DNA of 63,041 bases, the filler included, from Reticulomyxa filosa (lineage: Eukaryota; Protista; Foraminifera): assembly GCA_000512085.1 (NCBI GenBank). It is 16 parts of 16 records of this genome, joined end to end, with 100 filler letters (N's around TTAATTAATTAA, not from the genome) between each part and the next. Parts side by side here need not be neighbours in the genome. Positions count along the whole stretch, not along the records: positions 1 to 6,274 come from ASPP01004728.1; positions 6,375 to 8,482 come from ASPP01024443.1; positions 8,583 to 12,238 come from ASPP01018849.1; positions 12,339 to 17,257 come from ASPP01019322.1; 12 more parts are not named here. The stretch is one strand, 5' to 3'. The stretch's first letter is position 1. Each line of letters opens with the position of its first letter. The translations under genes were made by a program, and so were the position numbers. The notes under the pieces were generated by a model. That model was given only the letters and a program-made list of their open reading frames with translations. It made no database searches and was not told the origin of the DNA. Positions 1-12,377 of this stretch are shown piece by piece.

Positions 1-256
1 AAAAAAAAAACCCAAATAGACCCAAATCTAAATGCAAAAATCACAACTGTTTTTGTTCACTTTACAAAATAAAATTTTTTTTTTCTCACTCTTTATTTGA
101 AGGGGAAAAAAAAAAATAATTTTTTTTTAGACAAAAGGAAAAGAAAAACTGAGAGAGAGGGGAGAGGGGTAAAGAGAAGATGTGGGGGTTGATGTACAAA
201 AAAAATTTTTAAAAAAAAAAAAAATAGAAAACAAACAAAAAAAAACACTATTTTAG

Positions 257-2668
257 AAGGAGATATCGAAGCAGATCTCACAGCAATCCACGCCATTTGA
301 AAAAGAAAAGATCGCTATCCAGAAGCAGGTTTGAAATAATCTTTTTTTTAAAAAAAAAAAAAAAGAATTTTAAGCAAATCGAAGGAATGTGCGCTATTGC
401 GTTCTTTTTGATAAAAGTAGTCTAATTTTTCCAAAAAGGATTAATCCAAAAAACTTTGTCATATACATTCAAACTCATCCTTCCTTCTCCTTTTTTCTCC
501 CCTTTTCTTTTAAAAAAAATGTGTTAGCAAAATTCCCCTTTTTTTAATGCTATTATTGTTCATTTTGTATTCCACAGAAGTCGTTCTCGTTCGCGTGGAA
601 GACACTCTCGACGAACCTATCGCTCAGTGTCAAGATCATACAGTTCTCGATCCGTGAGCAGGTAAAAATAGCTTATTTTTTGCGTTTAAACTTGTCTATC
701 TTGTTGAGTCAAATATGGAGATGAATAACAAGAAAAATTTGTGAATACTTGGGGGGGCTATGCTCAAAGACATCGTCGACATAACAGTCCGAATTCGCAC
801 AGTCGAACACGCTCACATAGCACACGCCCTTCTGGTACTAATGTGGTGAAGGAGACAGAAAGGGTCGAAAATAGAGACAAAATCGATGAAAATGGAACAA
901 ACACAGTAAAAGACCAAAAAAATGAACCCACTGTAACACAACCGAATACAACTGTTGATCAAACCGTCAATCAACCAACGCTGTGTAATAATTTAACTAC
1001 ATAATGTTTTACATTGGACAATTTTTGGGCAACAAAATGAATGCAACATTTTTTTAAAATCCTTGCCGAATTTGAAAAGTACAATTTCACTTTATTGATA
1101 AACTGACCGATCGCACTTTTACTGGGCTAAAGACAATGCGTCATATAACTTGTCCATTGTTCTTTTAGAATCATGTGTTATTTGCACCACTGCAAAACTC
1201 AAAAAAATGAGATACAACCCATTTCTCCCAAGATTTCGAAATAACAAATTGTTATCTTTTTTGTTCGGGATCAAATATGATGTTTGATACGTTAAAACCA
1301 AAGTTGATCATATTGGGATTTCCAGAAATATTAGCTGACTTTATTTGCCAAGACACACTAAAACTGTACCTTGTGGGGGTCGAGAATGATGAACCTTACC
1401 TAAAAATTGATTTTCCCATTTGATCAGAATGCAAGAAAACATAATAACTGCAGATTTTGAGTTGGACGAAGACAATATTAATGCAGAGACAATGAAAGTG
1501 CTTTATAATGGCAATTTGCCGAATGTGGCCAGCAAAGACAGTGCAGCGACAAATAACGAAGAGAACAAGAAAGAAGAAACAATGAACAGTGACAATAAAA
1601 AAGACAGTCCACCTATAGGAAATGACAAAAGCAGCAATCCAAATGACAACAAAACTGATAACAAGGACGATAACAAAATCGCCGACAAAACCGAAGAGAA
1701 GCCAAAAAGAAGAGCATTGTCAATGAATGAAAGAATAGCATTACGAAAGGAAAGATTTACATTAAAAAAAGAAAGAAAAGTGTTTGAAAAAAAAAAGAGT
1801 GCAAGCGAAGAGTTGAAAATCAAGATAGCGTCGAGAAAGCGTCGATTTAGCGATTTGAACAAGCAAACCTTACACAATCCTACAGAAAAGGCGTCACAAT
1901 CCTCACATACATCGAATGCATGTGGACCATCGGATGAAACTGAAATCAAACGAAGAAAAAAATTGCAATATGTTTTGTTTTATTTTTATTTTTATTTTGT
2001 ATGATTTAATTGTATAAATGCGAAAATGGCAAAGTTTAAAAATTTGAAAAAAAAAAAAAGAATAACGAAATGGCAGAAAAAATTCGAACAAGATTGGCTC
2101 GCTTTGCATCAGGTTCATCGACAGATAATCCCTCCAATGATGTTTCCGAAACGAATACGCAAGCAAATATACATGATCCATCTTGCAATAAAATACAACA
2201 AAGACTTGCCCGATTCGCTGCCAGCAATTCTATCATGGACCCTTTGTCTTCTTCTGTTTCGCTCTGTTTCTGCTTGCTTTGTTTGTTCTTATGATTGATT
2301 GAGTAATCTAATGTGTCCGTTTATAGAACGCTCAGCAATTCGAAGAAATTAAAAAAAAAAGACAAGAAAAATTTGCAAACGGAACAAAAATAACTTCGAC
2401 GACTGAAACGGAAAATGGACATAATAAACAATCCTCGCAAAAGCAATTGATTCAACAACGACTGCAGAAATTTGGTCTTGATACTTCAACAACCAATACG
2501 CAATTACTACATAATCGTGCACAAACGCAACTGCAATTGTTAGAACAACGCAAAAAAAAATTTCAACCGGACAATGGGCATTCTGCTCCTTCCGCTGGCA
2601 GTAACTCATCCATATTGAAGGACAAACTTAAATTGAGAAAACAACGATTTCAAAATATTAGTAAATGA
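257..2668 (+). CDS. Multi-exon RS-rich protein with repeated C-terminal (R/K)xx(R/K)F motifs (Tho1/SARNP/MOS11-like); 5' end missing or uncertain
   Basis: Exons 257-328 and 578-661 splice to RRYRSRSHSNPRHLKKKRSLSRSRSRSRSRGRHSRR. Later exons give RKERF, RKRRF, RLARF (twice), RQEKF, RLQKFG, RKKKF and RKQRF. Stop at 2666-2668. Internal exon boundaries are only partly resolved. Confidence 0.6.
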
Positions 2669-3272
2669 TAACCATCTTAAAATAAAAACTTACATACATA
2701 TATATTACTTTCACGTTTCGGACTCCAACGCTGTTCCTTTTTCTCGGCATTTTTCCTTTTATTTTATTGTATTGTTCTGATCACAAAAAAAAAAATGGAG
2801 AGCAATAACTTTTAAAAGTAAAAACCTTTTTGTTTCGTTCGCACATTTTTTCCTCCAATTTTTACATATTCATAACTTTGAAAAATTTTATATTCTCTTT
2901 GTTGTTGATTTTTGTGAATGGAAATAATAAATCTCCTTCTAAAAAATGAGGAATGGCCCATATCAATAATTAGCCACATCATAAAAAAGTTACAGTGATA
3001 TCGTCTTAATTTAAATTGCTAGATAGAAAAGACACAGAAGATAAGATAATTGTTTGAACAATGTATGTAATGTTTCAAGATTTAATTCTTTACTTTTCCA
3101 AACTTTTATATTTTATCATGATTAAAAAATTTTTAGTTTTTTTTAGCAGTTTCGCCACTTAACGTACTGAACGTGGATTTCGAAGGAAAACAGCCGAGAC
3201 GTTGGTGCAAACGAAAGGACAGGGGAGACATCAGGAAATTGTTGAAACCTATAGAAAATAATTCTTTTTCCA

Positions 3273-6148
3273 ATGGCCGTATCAGGTTGGGTTGTGGCGT
3301 TTCTTTACATTTTGGCATATCTCTTGGTTATAGTATATATCTTTTGGAAGTCAAGGACTTTCAAGACAGATGGCATTGTAGTGCTTCCGAGTGTCAACGA
3401 GAACAAAGACGACGAAGTGACAGTAGTAACAGGGAACAAACGATCGGTAACGAATCAGCGGATATCGAATGCGAATAACATTGACGACGAAGTGAACTTG
3501 CAAGGAAGACGTAGTAGTGGGACAGTGGATTTGACAAAGTTGCACAACATCACACATACGTCAACATGGCAAGGTGCTCCCTCGTCTCTTTGGCATTCAT
3601 TGATTGCATTTGTGCACTCTTGTGACACAGGACTTCACTTAGGCAAGTGGACCTCCATTGCAACAATCCTTACGAATCTAGTGATATATTGAAACAAAAT
3701 GAATATATACATATATATAAACACACTATATACATTTATATAGAGGAAGAGGGAGAGCAATGGGACGGGTGCGTGAAAAAAAAAAAAGGTTAACTTAAAA
3801 AAAAAAGGGATTAACTTCAAAAAAAAAAAAAAAAAAGGTTTGATTGCAAGTCTAATCGAAGAGAGTAAAGAATGGAATTTGGCACAACAATATTTGTTAG
3901 CAGCATTGTGTATATGGATATTTTATCGAGTGTCATCATTCGTGATGATTTGGGTGTATTTGCCTCGTTATAGCTACACGAAGACAGTGTCCGGGAACCG
4001 TGCGCTGTTATCGAATGCGATCGCATTGAGTGGTCCTACAGTAAACTTGAGCGGGATCACATCAGCACATGCGATGCACTACAAAAGTGACCACGCGTGT
4101 TGGTCGTATTTGAACTACTGTTGGCTGCAATTGCTGTTCGATGCCGGGTACTTGTTAGAGTTAGCGCCGTGGTTGTTCAATTGGGATTACACACGAATAT
4201 TGGTGCCCGAGTTTGCATGGTTTTGTAAAGTGCGGTCATTGACGGAATCTTTTCCTTTTAGTTTGTTAGTTGTCACGTTTCTCATGTATCGCGAAAACAC
4301 TCAACTGTTTAGGAGTGACTTGCATGTCTTGGCGGCATTGTCCCTATGTGTCTCTTTGCTTGCCATTATCCTGACGCTCTTGCTGTATGACGAAACTGCA
4401 CTGACTTTGGATAGTGGCGAGTCCTATTGGAAAATTCGGTCTTGCAACTTGCTTTATCGATTGTTCCAGGTCGTCAGTCGCGTGTTGATCTTGGCTTTTT
4501 TCATTGCCTTGTTTCCTTGGTGGGCCTTGTTTTTAATTATTCTCATACCCTTGGTTGCCAATTTCAGACCATTCAAGTTTCATTTTCCAATTTCAATTTT
4601 TTGTTTTATATATATATATATATATGTAATATGTATGTATTTATGTATTATGTATATGTATACATATATATAAATATATAAATATATATATGTTGTTGTA
4701 ATGTTTTTTTTCCTTCTTGAACACATATAGATTGGGTCGGACTGACAATGAAGTCTATAATTTCATTTATCAATCACTCTTGGCTTTCCCCGATTACAGT
4801 TCCCCTTTTGGACGAATATCATTGCGAGAAAATTTTTTGACTCGTTTGGGTCCATTTCATTTCGCCATACTGTCCATTTTGGGGTCTCCTTTGATGTTTA
4901 TTCGATTCTTTGTTGAATGTTTTGCTAACAAATTTTTGCAAATGAACCGAAGTTTCTTACTTTTATACATACATGTAACTTTTTTTTTTTAAATAGTGAT
5001 CGGCTGGGACATTTCAATCAATGTGTCACATATTTATCTTTTCATTTACATACAAATATATATATACATATATATATATATATATTTATTTACATTGTAT
5101 GTTGTAAATGATAATGTTTCATTATATGTGTGTCATGGTTGTTGCGACAAATAGACTCAACGAATTTGGAAGAGTATGCGTCTTTTGTGATCTCCACGTA
5201 TACTGTTTCACGTTTTGTGGAGTCAATCTTTGAATTGATATTCATTGGCGTGGAGTTGTATGGGACAGGTCGATTGCACAAGGCATCAGTTGATGTCCGC
5301 TCCAATTTTGCCATTACATCCTATTGGATTGCCTTGTTGTCCACATTCTTGTTTTTAATCACGTTTGTACCCATTCGCTATGAATTCGTCAAAGACAATA
5401 CCGCCGATGAAACCAGAGCATTGGCCGCCAGTCAAGCGGGTAAAGCTGCGTTTGTGCAGGTACATTCCTTGTGAAACAAAGAGAAAGGAAGAGCTATTGA
5501 TTCCATCTTTATACAATATATATATATATATATATGTATTGTATAAACACGCCAATGAACAAATAAACAAAACAAAATAAAATAAAATAAAATAAAATAA
5601 AAAAGACGAATGAAGAGTACAACACAGACAAATCGGGAGGGCCGAGACGCAGTTCACATCGAACAAGTGATGTGCTGACGAAGATATTGCCCGTTGGCTT
5701 GGATGCCCACACATGCCGCCAACGATTATTGCAACGACAGTTTTGGCGAGCGATCCATCGCAACAACTACAAAGAGTTGAATTGGCTGCTGCGAAGTCGC
5801 CAACACATCAACCTGTTCGAACCCAACGACCAAGAGCAAATTGGCATAATTGTGTTGGGCCTACGATACGACTGGGCGTGCGTCAGATTGATGGTCAAAA
5901 ACGGAGGAGGGCTGCGACATTTGTGTCGTTACGCCGCATTCCATGGCGACATTGAAATCCTTAAGTTTGTCCACTACCAATTGCACGTCGACGTCACCAC
6001 TTTGCACGACGAGTTTGACGAGCTTCTCCTCTTCAGTGCCGTTGAAGGTTCGCAATCGTCGATAGTTCGCTTCTTGGCCGATCTAAATGCCGATCTGGCG
6101 GCAAAGAATGGACAAGGAGATTCCGCCCTTCTTTTGGCCGCCCAAAAA
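3273..6148 (+). CDS. Multi-pass membrane protein, XK-related (Xkr)-like domain followed by ankyrin repeats; 3' truncated by contig end
   Basis: Hydrophobic helices with Xkr-like motifs (VRSLTESFPFSLL, VSLLAIILTLLLYDE, YRLFQVVSRVLILAFF). ORF 5672-6160 has ankyrin-like units (YAAFHGDIEILKFV, SAVEGSQSSIVRFL, KNGQGDSALLLAAQ). Several (TA)n-rich introns. Confidence 0.65.
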
Positions 6149-6234
6149 GTATATATATAAAAATATATGTGTATATATAATAATAACATAAAAAAATGAA
6201 GTTCAATCAAACATTAAAAATTAACTTTATTGAA

Positions 6235-6271
<37 letters not shown>

Positions 6272-6274
6272 GGG

Positions 6275-6374
6275 NNNNNNNNNNNNNNNNNNNNNNNNNN
6301 NNNNNNNNNNNNNNNNNNTTAATTAATTAANNNNNNNNNNNNNNNNNNNNNNNNNNNNNNNNNNNNNNNNNNNN
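6275..6374. other. Artificial contig linker (N44-TTAATTAATTAA-N44), first of 15
   Basis: Identical 100-nt linkers with six-frame stops also at 8483-8582, 12239-12338, 17258-17357, 19716-19815, 23098-23197, 31102-31201, 32564-32663, 39000-39099, 40660-40759, 42350-42449, 44093-44192, 56473-56572, 58875-58974 and 61318-61417. Many contigs end in long homopolymers. Confidence 0.99.
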
Positions 6375-7870
6375 AGAAGAAGAAGCAAGAGGATGAGAAA
6401 GAGGGGAAGGATCTCACGTTTTGTTGCATTCGGGCGAAGAAAGGATTACTCAGCAAACTGGTAAGGACATTCTTATTGTGACAATGATCGGAAGTAGAAA
6501 AAACCCAACCTGGCCGACGTGAAGCAAAACTTGGGCAAATACTAAACACCATTGCAACAGGAATTGCTGAGACATCTAAAGGTCGGCGATCATGTGAGAT
6601 TGGTGCGAGGACGGATCGGCAAGATAAAGTATATTGGCCCTGTGAGCGACGAATCCTGAAATGATTGGTATCGAAATGGACTTATGGAATCTCAATGGTC
6701 TTTTTACCGCCGCTGACAATCGCAGGTATTTTACAAAGCTCTCCGAAACTGTCGAAATCATTAAGAATATAGCAACCTGCTCGAAGCAATCACAAATCGA
6801 ACTACAGCGACATGAGCAAGTCATCAGTCTGCGAAAACGTCTTCGAGAAAAAGTTGCGCCGTCATTCTTGATACGGGCGATATATTGGCAAGGTTGTGTT
6901 TGTGGGGATCGGTCAGCTTTGACGACAGGGAAATGTTTGAACCATATTTTGAAGCAAGGATTCATAGTCTTTGAAAACTTTGATGTGACCAATTTGAGCA
7001 CGTACTTTGAAGATCAAGATTATGTGACATCCAAATGGACACAACAGTAACGTGAAGGATATGGCTAGTTTATCCCTGTCCACAAAGTCACGGAAAAAAG
7101 ATTTCGGAGGAACCCTGAAGTCCAAAAATAAAAATTACATCAAAATCAAAGGAGGAATGTGCGGCTTGATCCGCTTTTTATGGTAAAACAGATTTTTTGG
7201 ATAACAAGTGGGTTTGGAGTGCAGTTGAACAATTGGCATTACAATGCCAACCACTGCACTATAAACAACAAGATGTACTTTGTCACCAAGCAAAGGCTGC
7301 GGATTCTTTGTTCGATCAGAAAGCACAAAGATGACAGTGCCAATGGTGTTCCTTATTTTGAAATGAAGAGAGTCGGCTGGATGATTTCTTGTGTTGACGA
7401 TTGCAGCGCAAATCCCAAGTTTTTGACGAGGTTGGATAAACAAGTGAAATAATCACGTCCCCGCATACAGTCAAAGTCGAAGATAAAATCCGGTTTTCAC
7501 GTTTCAAAATTGGTGTCATTCGTTTCATTGGAATCACCGAGGAAACTGGCACTGATGAAATTTTATTGGCATTGAGTTTTGTGTTATTTCTTGTTTGTAA
7601 TAATATAAATATATACATATATATATTGTTTGTTATTATTATTTGTAATAAATTTGTTTTTGTTGTGATCAAGATTCGATTCGTAAGATGTAATAAATGC
7701 AAAAGATTGAAGCACGGGCGAAACAGTGTTGTTTGATGTATTTCGAGCGCAACCATGTTACATAACAAACAAAGAAATCAAGATGTGAAATATACCAAAG
7801 ACAAAGAATGTTCATTATTATTTGCGTTGGACAGAAAAACGTTGTCAAATTGGATAATCGCTATTTGAAC
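6375..7870 (+). pseudogene. Degenerate multi-CAP-Gly gene fragment (paralogue of the gene at 23198-28035)
   Basis: Frame-hopping translation gives LKVGDHVRLVRGRIGKIKYIGPV/EMIGIEMDLWNLNG..RRYFT (6575-6735), GMCGLIRF/GKTDF/FGVQLNNW..NKMYFVTK/GCGFFVRS (7130-7320) and VKVEDKIRFSRFKIGVIRFIGITEETG (7470-7560). Many indels and stops. Confidence 0.8.
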
Positions 7871-8583
7871 ACACACAAGTCTCATTTCAAAGTTCGAGTG
7901 TCAGATCACATCGAGTCATGTACACTGATCCATGTGATGCACTACCATGTCGTTGATCACATTTGGCGTGGTCCCGACAAACGTATAAAAAAGAATGATC
8001 CAGATGGATGGTAATGAAAAATCAAGAGTGAGTTGTTGGCAACTGAAACATGCCATTTGCAAAAACATAAAAAAAAAATGAAGTGACACAGCTGTCGAAC
8101 TTGCCACCAGAACAATACGAACATCTCTCTTGCTCTGTTTCCTTGTAGTGTTCAACGCCAAAAATTCGTTACAGTTTGATGCAATCAAGCTCGCTTCTCA
8201 CTAACAACATGTCCCAATTACTAACAAATATTGATGATGATGGGATTGATGAATTGTTCATTGAATTAAGTCAATATCGGTCAGTGGTGCATAATATATT
8301 TTTTTATTAACAACAAGCTATAATCGAAGAACTTGGCTCTAATGTCGAAAATCAGACTCCAAATATCTCCGAATATGATGTGTCATTTGACTCCAGAAAT
8401 AAAAAAAAGTTTAAAATTACTATTTACTACTTAAGGACCAACAAAAAGCCCCCTTTTCTTTGAAAAAGAAAAATGTCAGAAANNNNNNNNNNNNNNNNNN
8501 NNNNNNNNNNNNNNNNNNNNNNNNNNTTAATTAATTAANNNNNNNNNNNNNNNNNNNNNNNNNNNNNNNNNNNNNNNNNNNNT

Positions 8584-8781
8584 GTTTCGAGTAATCATTT
8601 TTCTGCGGACGACAGAAAATTTTTATCAGATTTGCAAGATAAAAAGTCTTTATGGAAATGCATTTGGCAAAGTGGTGTTCAAAGAACTGGTTTGTCATTG
8701 AAGGGCAGTACTTGGAAAGATGCAAAAGGTGTAACTTTTTTGCTGATGTCAGTTGTTGAGCGATATGGTGGAACTTTTTGA
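8584..8781 (+). CDS. 3' end of a gene, probably the C-terminal cap of a NACHT/STAND-WD40 protein
   Basis: Open from the contig start: ...SLWKCIWQSGVQRTGLSLKGSTWKDAKGVTFLLMSVVERYGGTF*. It resembles the terminal cap of NACHT/NB-ARC-WD40 proteins (recalled pattern MNITGVxGLTxxQxxxLxxLGA). The NTPase and WD repeats are not on this contig. Confidence 0.5.
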   Translation, partial: VSSNHFSADDRKFLSDLQDKKSLWKCIWQSGVQRTGLSLKGSTWKDAKGVTFLLMSVVERYGGTF

Positions 8782-10739
8782 GTTTTTTTTATGTGAAAAA
8801 TAGTTATTTTGGAATTTTTTTGTTGTTTTTTTTTTACCTGAGTAAGTATTAATTTTTTGCTTGTATATTTGATTGGAAATGATTATATTGATACCAGTGG
8901 AAAATTTTTTAATTGGTAATTCTGTCACTTTTTTAAAACTAAACTATAAGCGGTTAGAAAATAAAAAATATTATTTTTTATATTTTGGAAATATTTACTT
9001 TCATTTTTGACTTATAAATTGCTTTACATAATGCTACGTCATACGCAAACATTCTATTTTGAATTGTACATGACAAACTAGTAATCGATCTAGTTGAATC
9101 GATCAAACTAGTTGACACGATTCAAGTACATGTTTGCAATTCTACAACATTCTTGCTTATTGACGCTTTTTTATATTTTTTGCATGTTCATCTATGTCAT
9201 CAATACTCCTGATGCAACGTTTTTGATGCCAAAATAACTACCACAGCTGACAATTCTTTAATCTTTCACAAACGTTGGTCAATAATTACAATATTACCTT
9301 GGCAGTTTTCAAGTGTGGGTTTTTCGTTCAATTCGATATAGCTTAACAATCACCTTACCTTGTCTTTGGTAGATTCACTAAATTATATAAAACCTTGGTG
9401 TTGCTTTTCCAACGTTTTTTTAAAGAAAACTCTGCGAAAAATTCGAGACTTGGCTTTTTAATATTAACACTCAATGAAATTGTGTGTTCGGTTGATAGCA
9501 ACTAATGAAGGCAGTTCACACTATTTGTGAATACGTTTAAATGAAATTTCAGTCAATATTTGGGGCGCATTTGTGTCAAACAATAGAACAAGCAGCTGTA
9601 ATATTGCCAACGTTCAATAAAATCATATTCAAATGTATAGGTGCATTGGATTTGATGAAAGGAATGTCGACAACATTCACGTAGTCAATAAATAGAACTC
9701 ATTAATTTTATTTTAACAAATCATTCCATATTTAGATCAAACTTTAATTCCAGTTTAGATATCAAAAGATAAACTAAAACCACACTCTTGCAGAACTCGG
9801 CGAGTAAGACTAGACTTGTGCAACTGCAACTCAATAATTCTTTCCATTTGCGAAGAAAGTCAATTATATACCACTTTTTAAATCGACTAAAAAACAATGA
9901 CTTTTTAAATTATTACTTTACTAATTAATGTAAAAAGTGGCATAAAAAAACCACAATTGAAAAAACTTCGTCACAGTACAAATTTTATTGCAAAAACACT
10001 GATTGCAGTCTAACTCCGTCACACAGCAAAGTTATTTTACCGGAATTTCACCAATTTATTGTCAAAAGTTTGCTCTAACTTCTTGATATTGTTTGGAAGC
10101 TTCAATTTTATTTTTCATTTTTTATATTTTATATTAATAGTCATTTTTCGTAAGTTTTCAAAGATACTTTTCATTTTCATTCCAATGTGAAAATGATATT
10201 TAATACAAAATTTTTTTAATATTATGTTTTAACATTGATATAATTTTAAGTTGAAATTTGTTTTAATTTTGTATCTGTCAAATAGTCCATAAGTTGCAAA
10301 TTTGTATCATATTTTTATACATTTTAATTATTTCAACATAGTGGCAACGCATGCTTTATTTTGTTTTTGTGTTTTTTTTTTAACAATTATTATTTGCGTG
10401 TGTTTGTGTAAGATCTTTAACGCCGATTGGCAAAGTTGAATTGAGGAATTGTTTACTTTGTACTAGCTTCAATTAATTTATAGTATGTTATAACATATTT
10501 TTCTTCAAGTTATTTCATGTGCTCAATAAGTTGCAGTCGTTTCCATTACCTTGTTTAGTCTAGCAATAACACCGATACCAAAATTATAAAAACACCACTA
10601 ATTTGTTTTCGGTCTTTGTGCGCGTTTTTTGTGCCTGGATGTCATCTGGCACCTATTTTTTAAAAAAATTTTTAAAAGTTTTCGTATATAAATGCTCAAT
10701 TATTTTTTTTGGCGATTATTGTAAGTCCTTTGTTAGTGG

Positions 10740-11250
10740 ATGGTGTTGCTTGCGCAACAACAGAACATAATGATTGTACTACATTGCACCATCCCATGTT
10801 TTGTTGGAGGCGTCTGCCTGACATTGGTGTCAGTGCCAATTATTTGGGGGAATTATGTAGTGTGTTATTGTAAGTTGGGAGTATTGTTATGTGTATGTTA
10901 TGGGGGACTTTGGAGTTCGGTTGGCATTTTGGTGTTGTGTGTTGAGCGGAATGTTATGGAGTGAGATGGAGTTGGATGATGTGATGATGTGGATTGTTGC
11001 AGCATGTAGTGGTGGTGATTGATTGAGATGCTGCAACATGGGCATCGAGCCCTTAAATTGATGTTGGTGTGATATGCACATGTTTTCATGAGCAATGATG
11101 TGTGGACTTGCGGAGCGTGTTGCATGTAGAAGTTGAAATAGTTTTAGCATGGAGCATACGACCAGAAACGTGTAGGTTGGGCGTGTTTTACAGTGTGATG
11201 CTAATTGACTGTGAAGTGTTGTGACGTAATAACAATGTTGGAGTGCGTCA
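10740..11250 (-). mobile_element. Possible decayed 3' part of a non-LTR retrotransposon ORF
   Basis: Island with strong strand asymmetry (G/T-rich on +, C/A-rich on -). Minus-strand fragments LHVSGR..NFYMQH and ARCPCCSISINHHHYML resemble the 'SGHxxLNxY' segment and C-terminal CxxC..H..C knuckle of LINE ORF2. No RT core is visible. Confidence 0.35.
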
Positions 11251-12377
11251 TCGATTTACAAAAATGGCAAATTAACTGTTAAATTTTTGTATGTCAGTTG
11301 TTTCTTTTACTTAGTAAAGGTTCGAAAACAAATTGCAGCTCAACTACAAACGCTGTCAAAAACTTGTGGTTTGTTTGTGAGATTACTTTTTGAACAATTA
11401 ATTGAACGTAATGCTGAAGAGATATTTGCACAGAATTTTCGCACTTGATATTTTATTCATTAAAAAAAAAAATTTCGCGTTGAAAAACGCATTTAAAAAA
11501 AAGTTTTCATTAAAAAGATAGTCCACAAACTTTAATCAAAATACAATTGTGTTGTTTTGAGTGATTTTGGTTTACATTTCAATTTAAATCTTTTTATTCA
11601 TACAAATATTGGGAAGAAATTTGTTAATATTGATGAAAAATCATTTATTATTTAGTTAATATTTCAATTTGTATACTTTGAAATCTCAAAACACATTTAA
11701 CTCTTTTCTTTTTCTGAATTTTTTTTACAGGTGGAACATTAGCAATGTGAGAATATTATTAAAAGAGGACGAATTTATGACTTTGATGAAAAAATTTCTA
11801 AATACGTTGAGTTAAACAATGTATTAATTTTCTATTACAAATTTAGGCTGTTCGTGTTGTAAAAAGCCCCAAAAAGGATAACAAAAATGTGCAGAAAAAA
11901 AATTGGAAAAAAAATGCAAATATTGCTTCAAGTTGTGAGCTTTTCCTTGTTTTTCCATTGTGCTTTTACGAAAAGTTGTAAATGGGTCTATGATACAAGC
12001 AATCTTGACAGTTTTGGATTTCGACAAGGAAAAAAAAAATACGCTACGTAAGCATGTATAAAAACTTGTGACTGGAATAGTGCCGTATCCATTAAATATA
12101 AACAAATGCAATTATCAGTTATCAGTATCTTGGAAAGCAGAAAACCGGTCATTCAAATACGAGTGTGCGAGCCCAAGACAAGTGCTGAGACATACGTATT
12201 CCGGACTAAAATGCTTAGGTTACATTTAAAAAAAAAAANNNNNNNNNNNNNNNNNNNNNNNNNNNNNNNNNNNNNNNNNNNNTTAATTAATTAANNNNNN
12301 NNNNNNNNNNNNNNNNNNNNNNNNNNNNNNNNNNNNNNTTAAAAAAAAAAAAAAAAAAAAAAGGGAAGAAACAAAAG

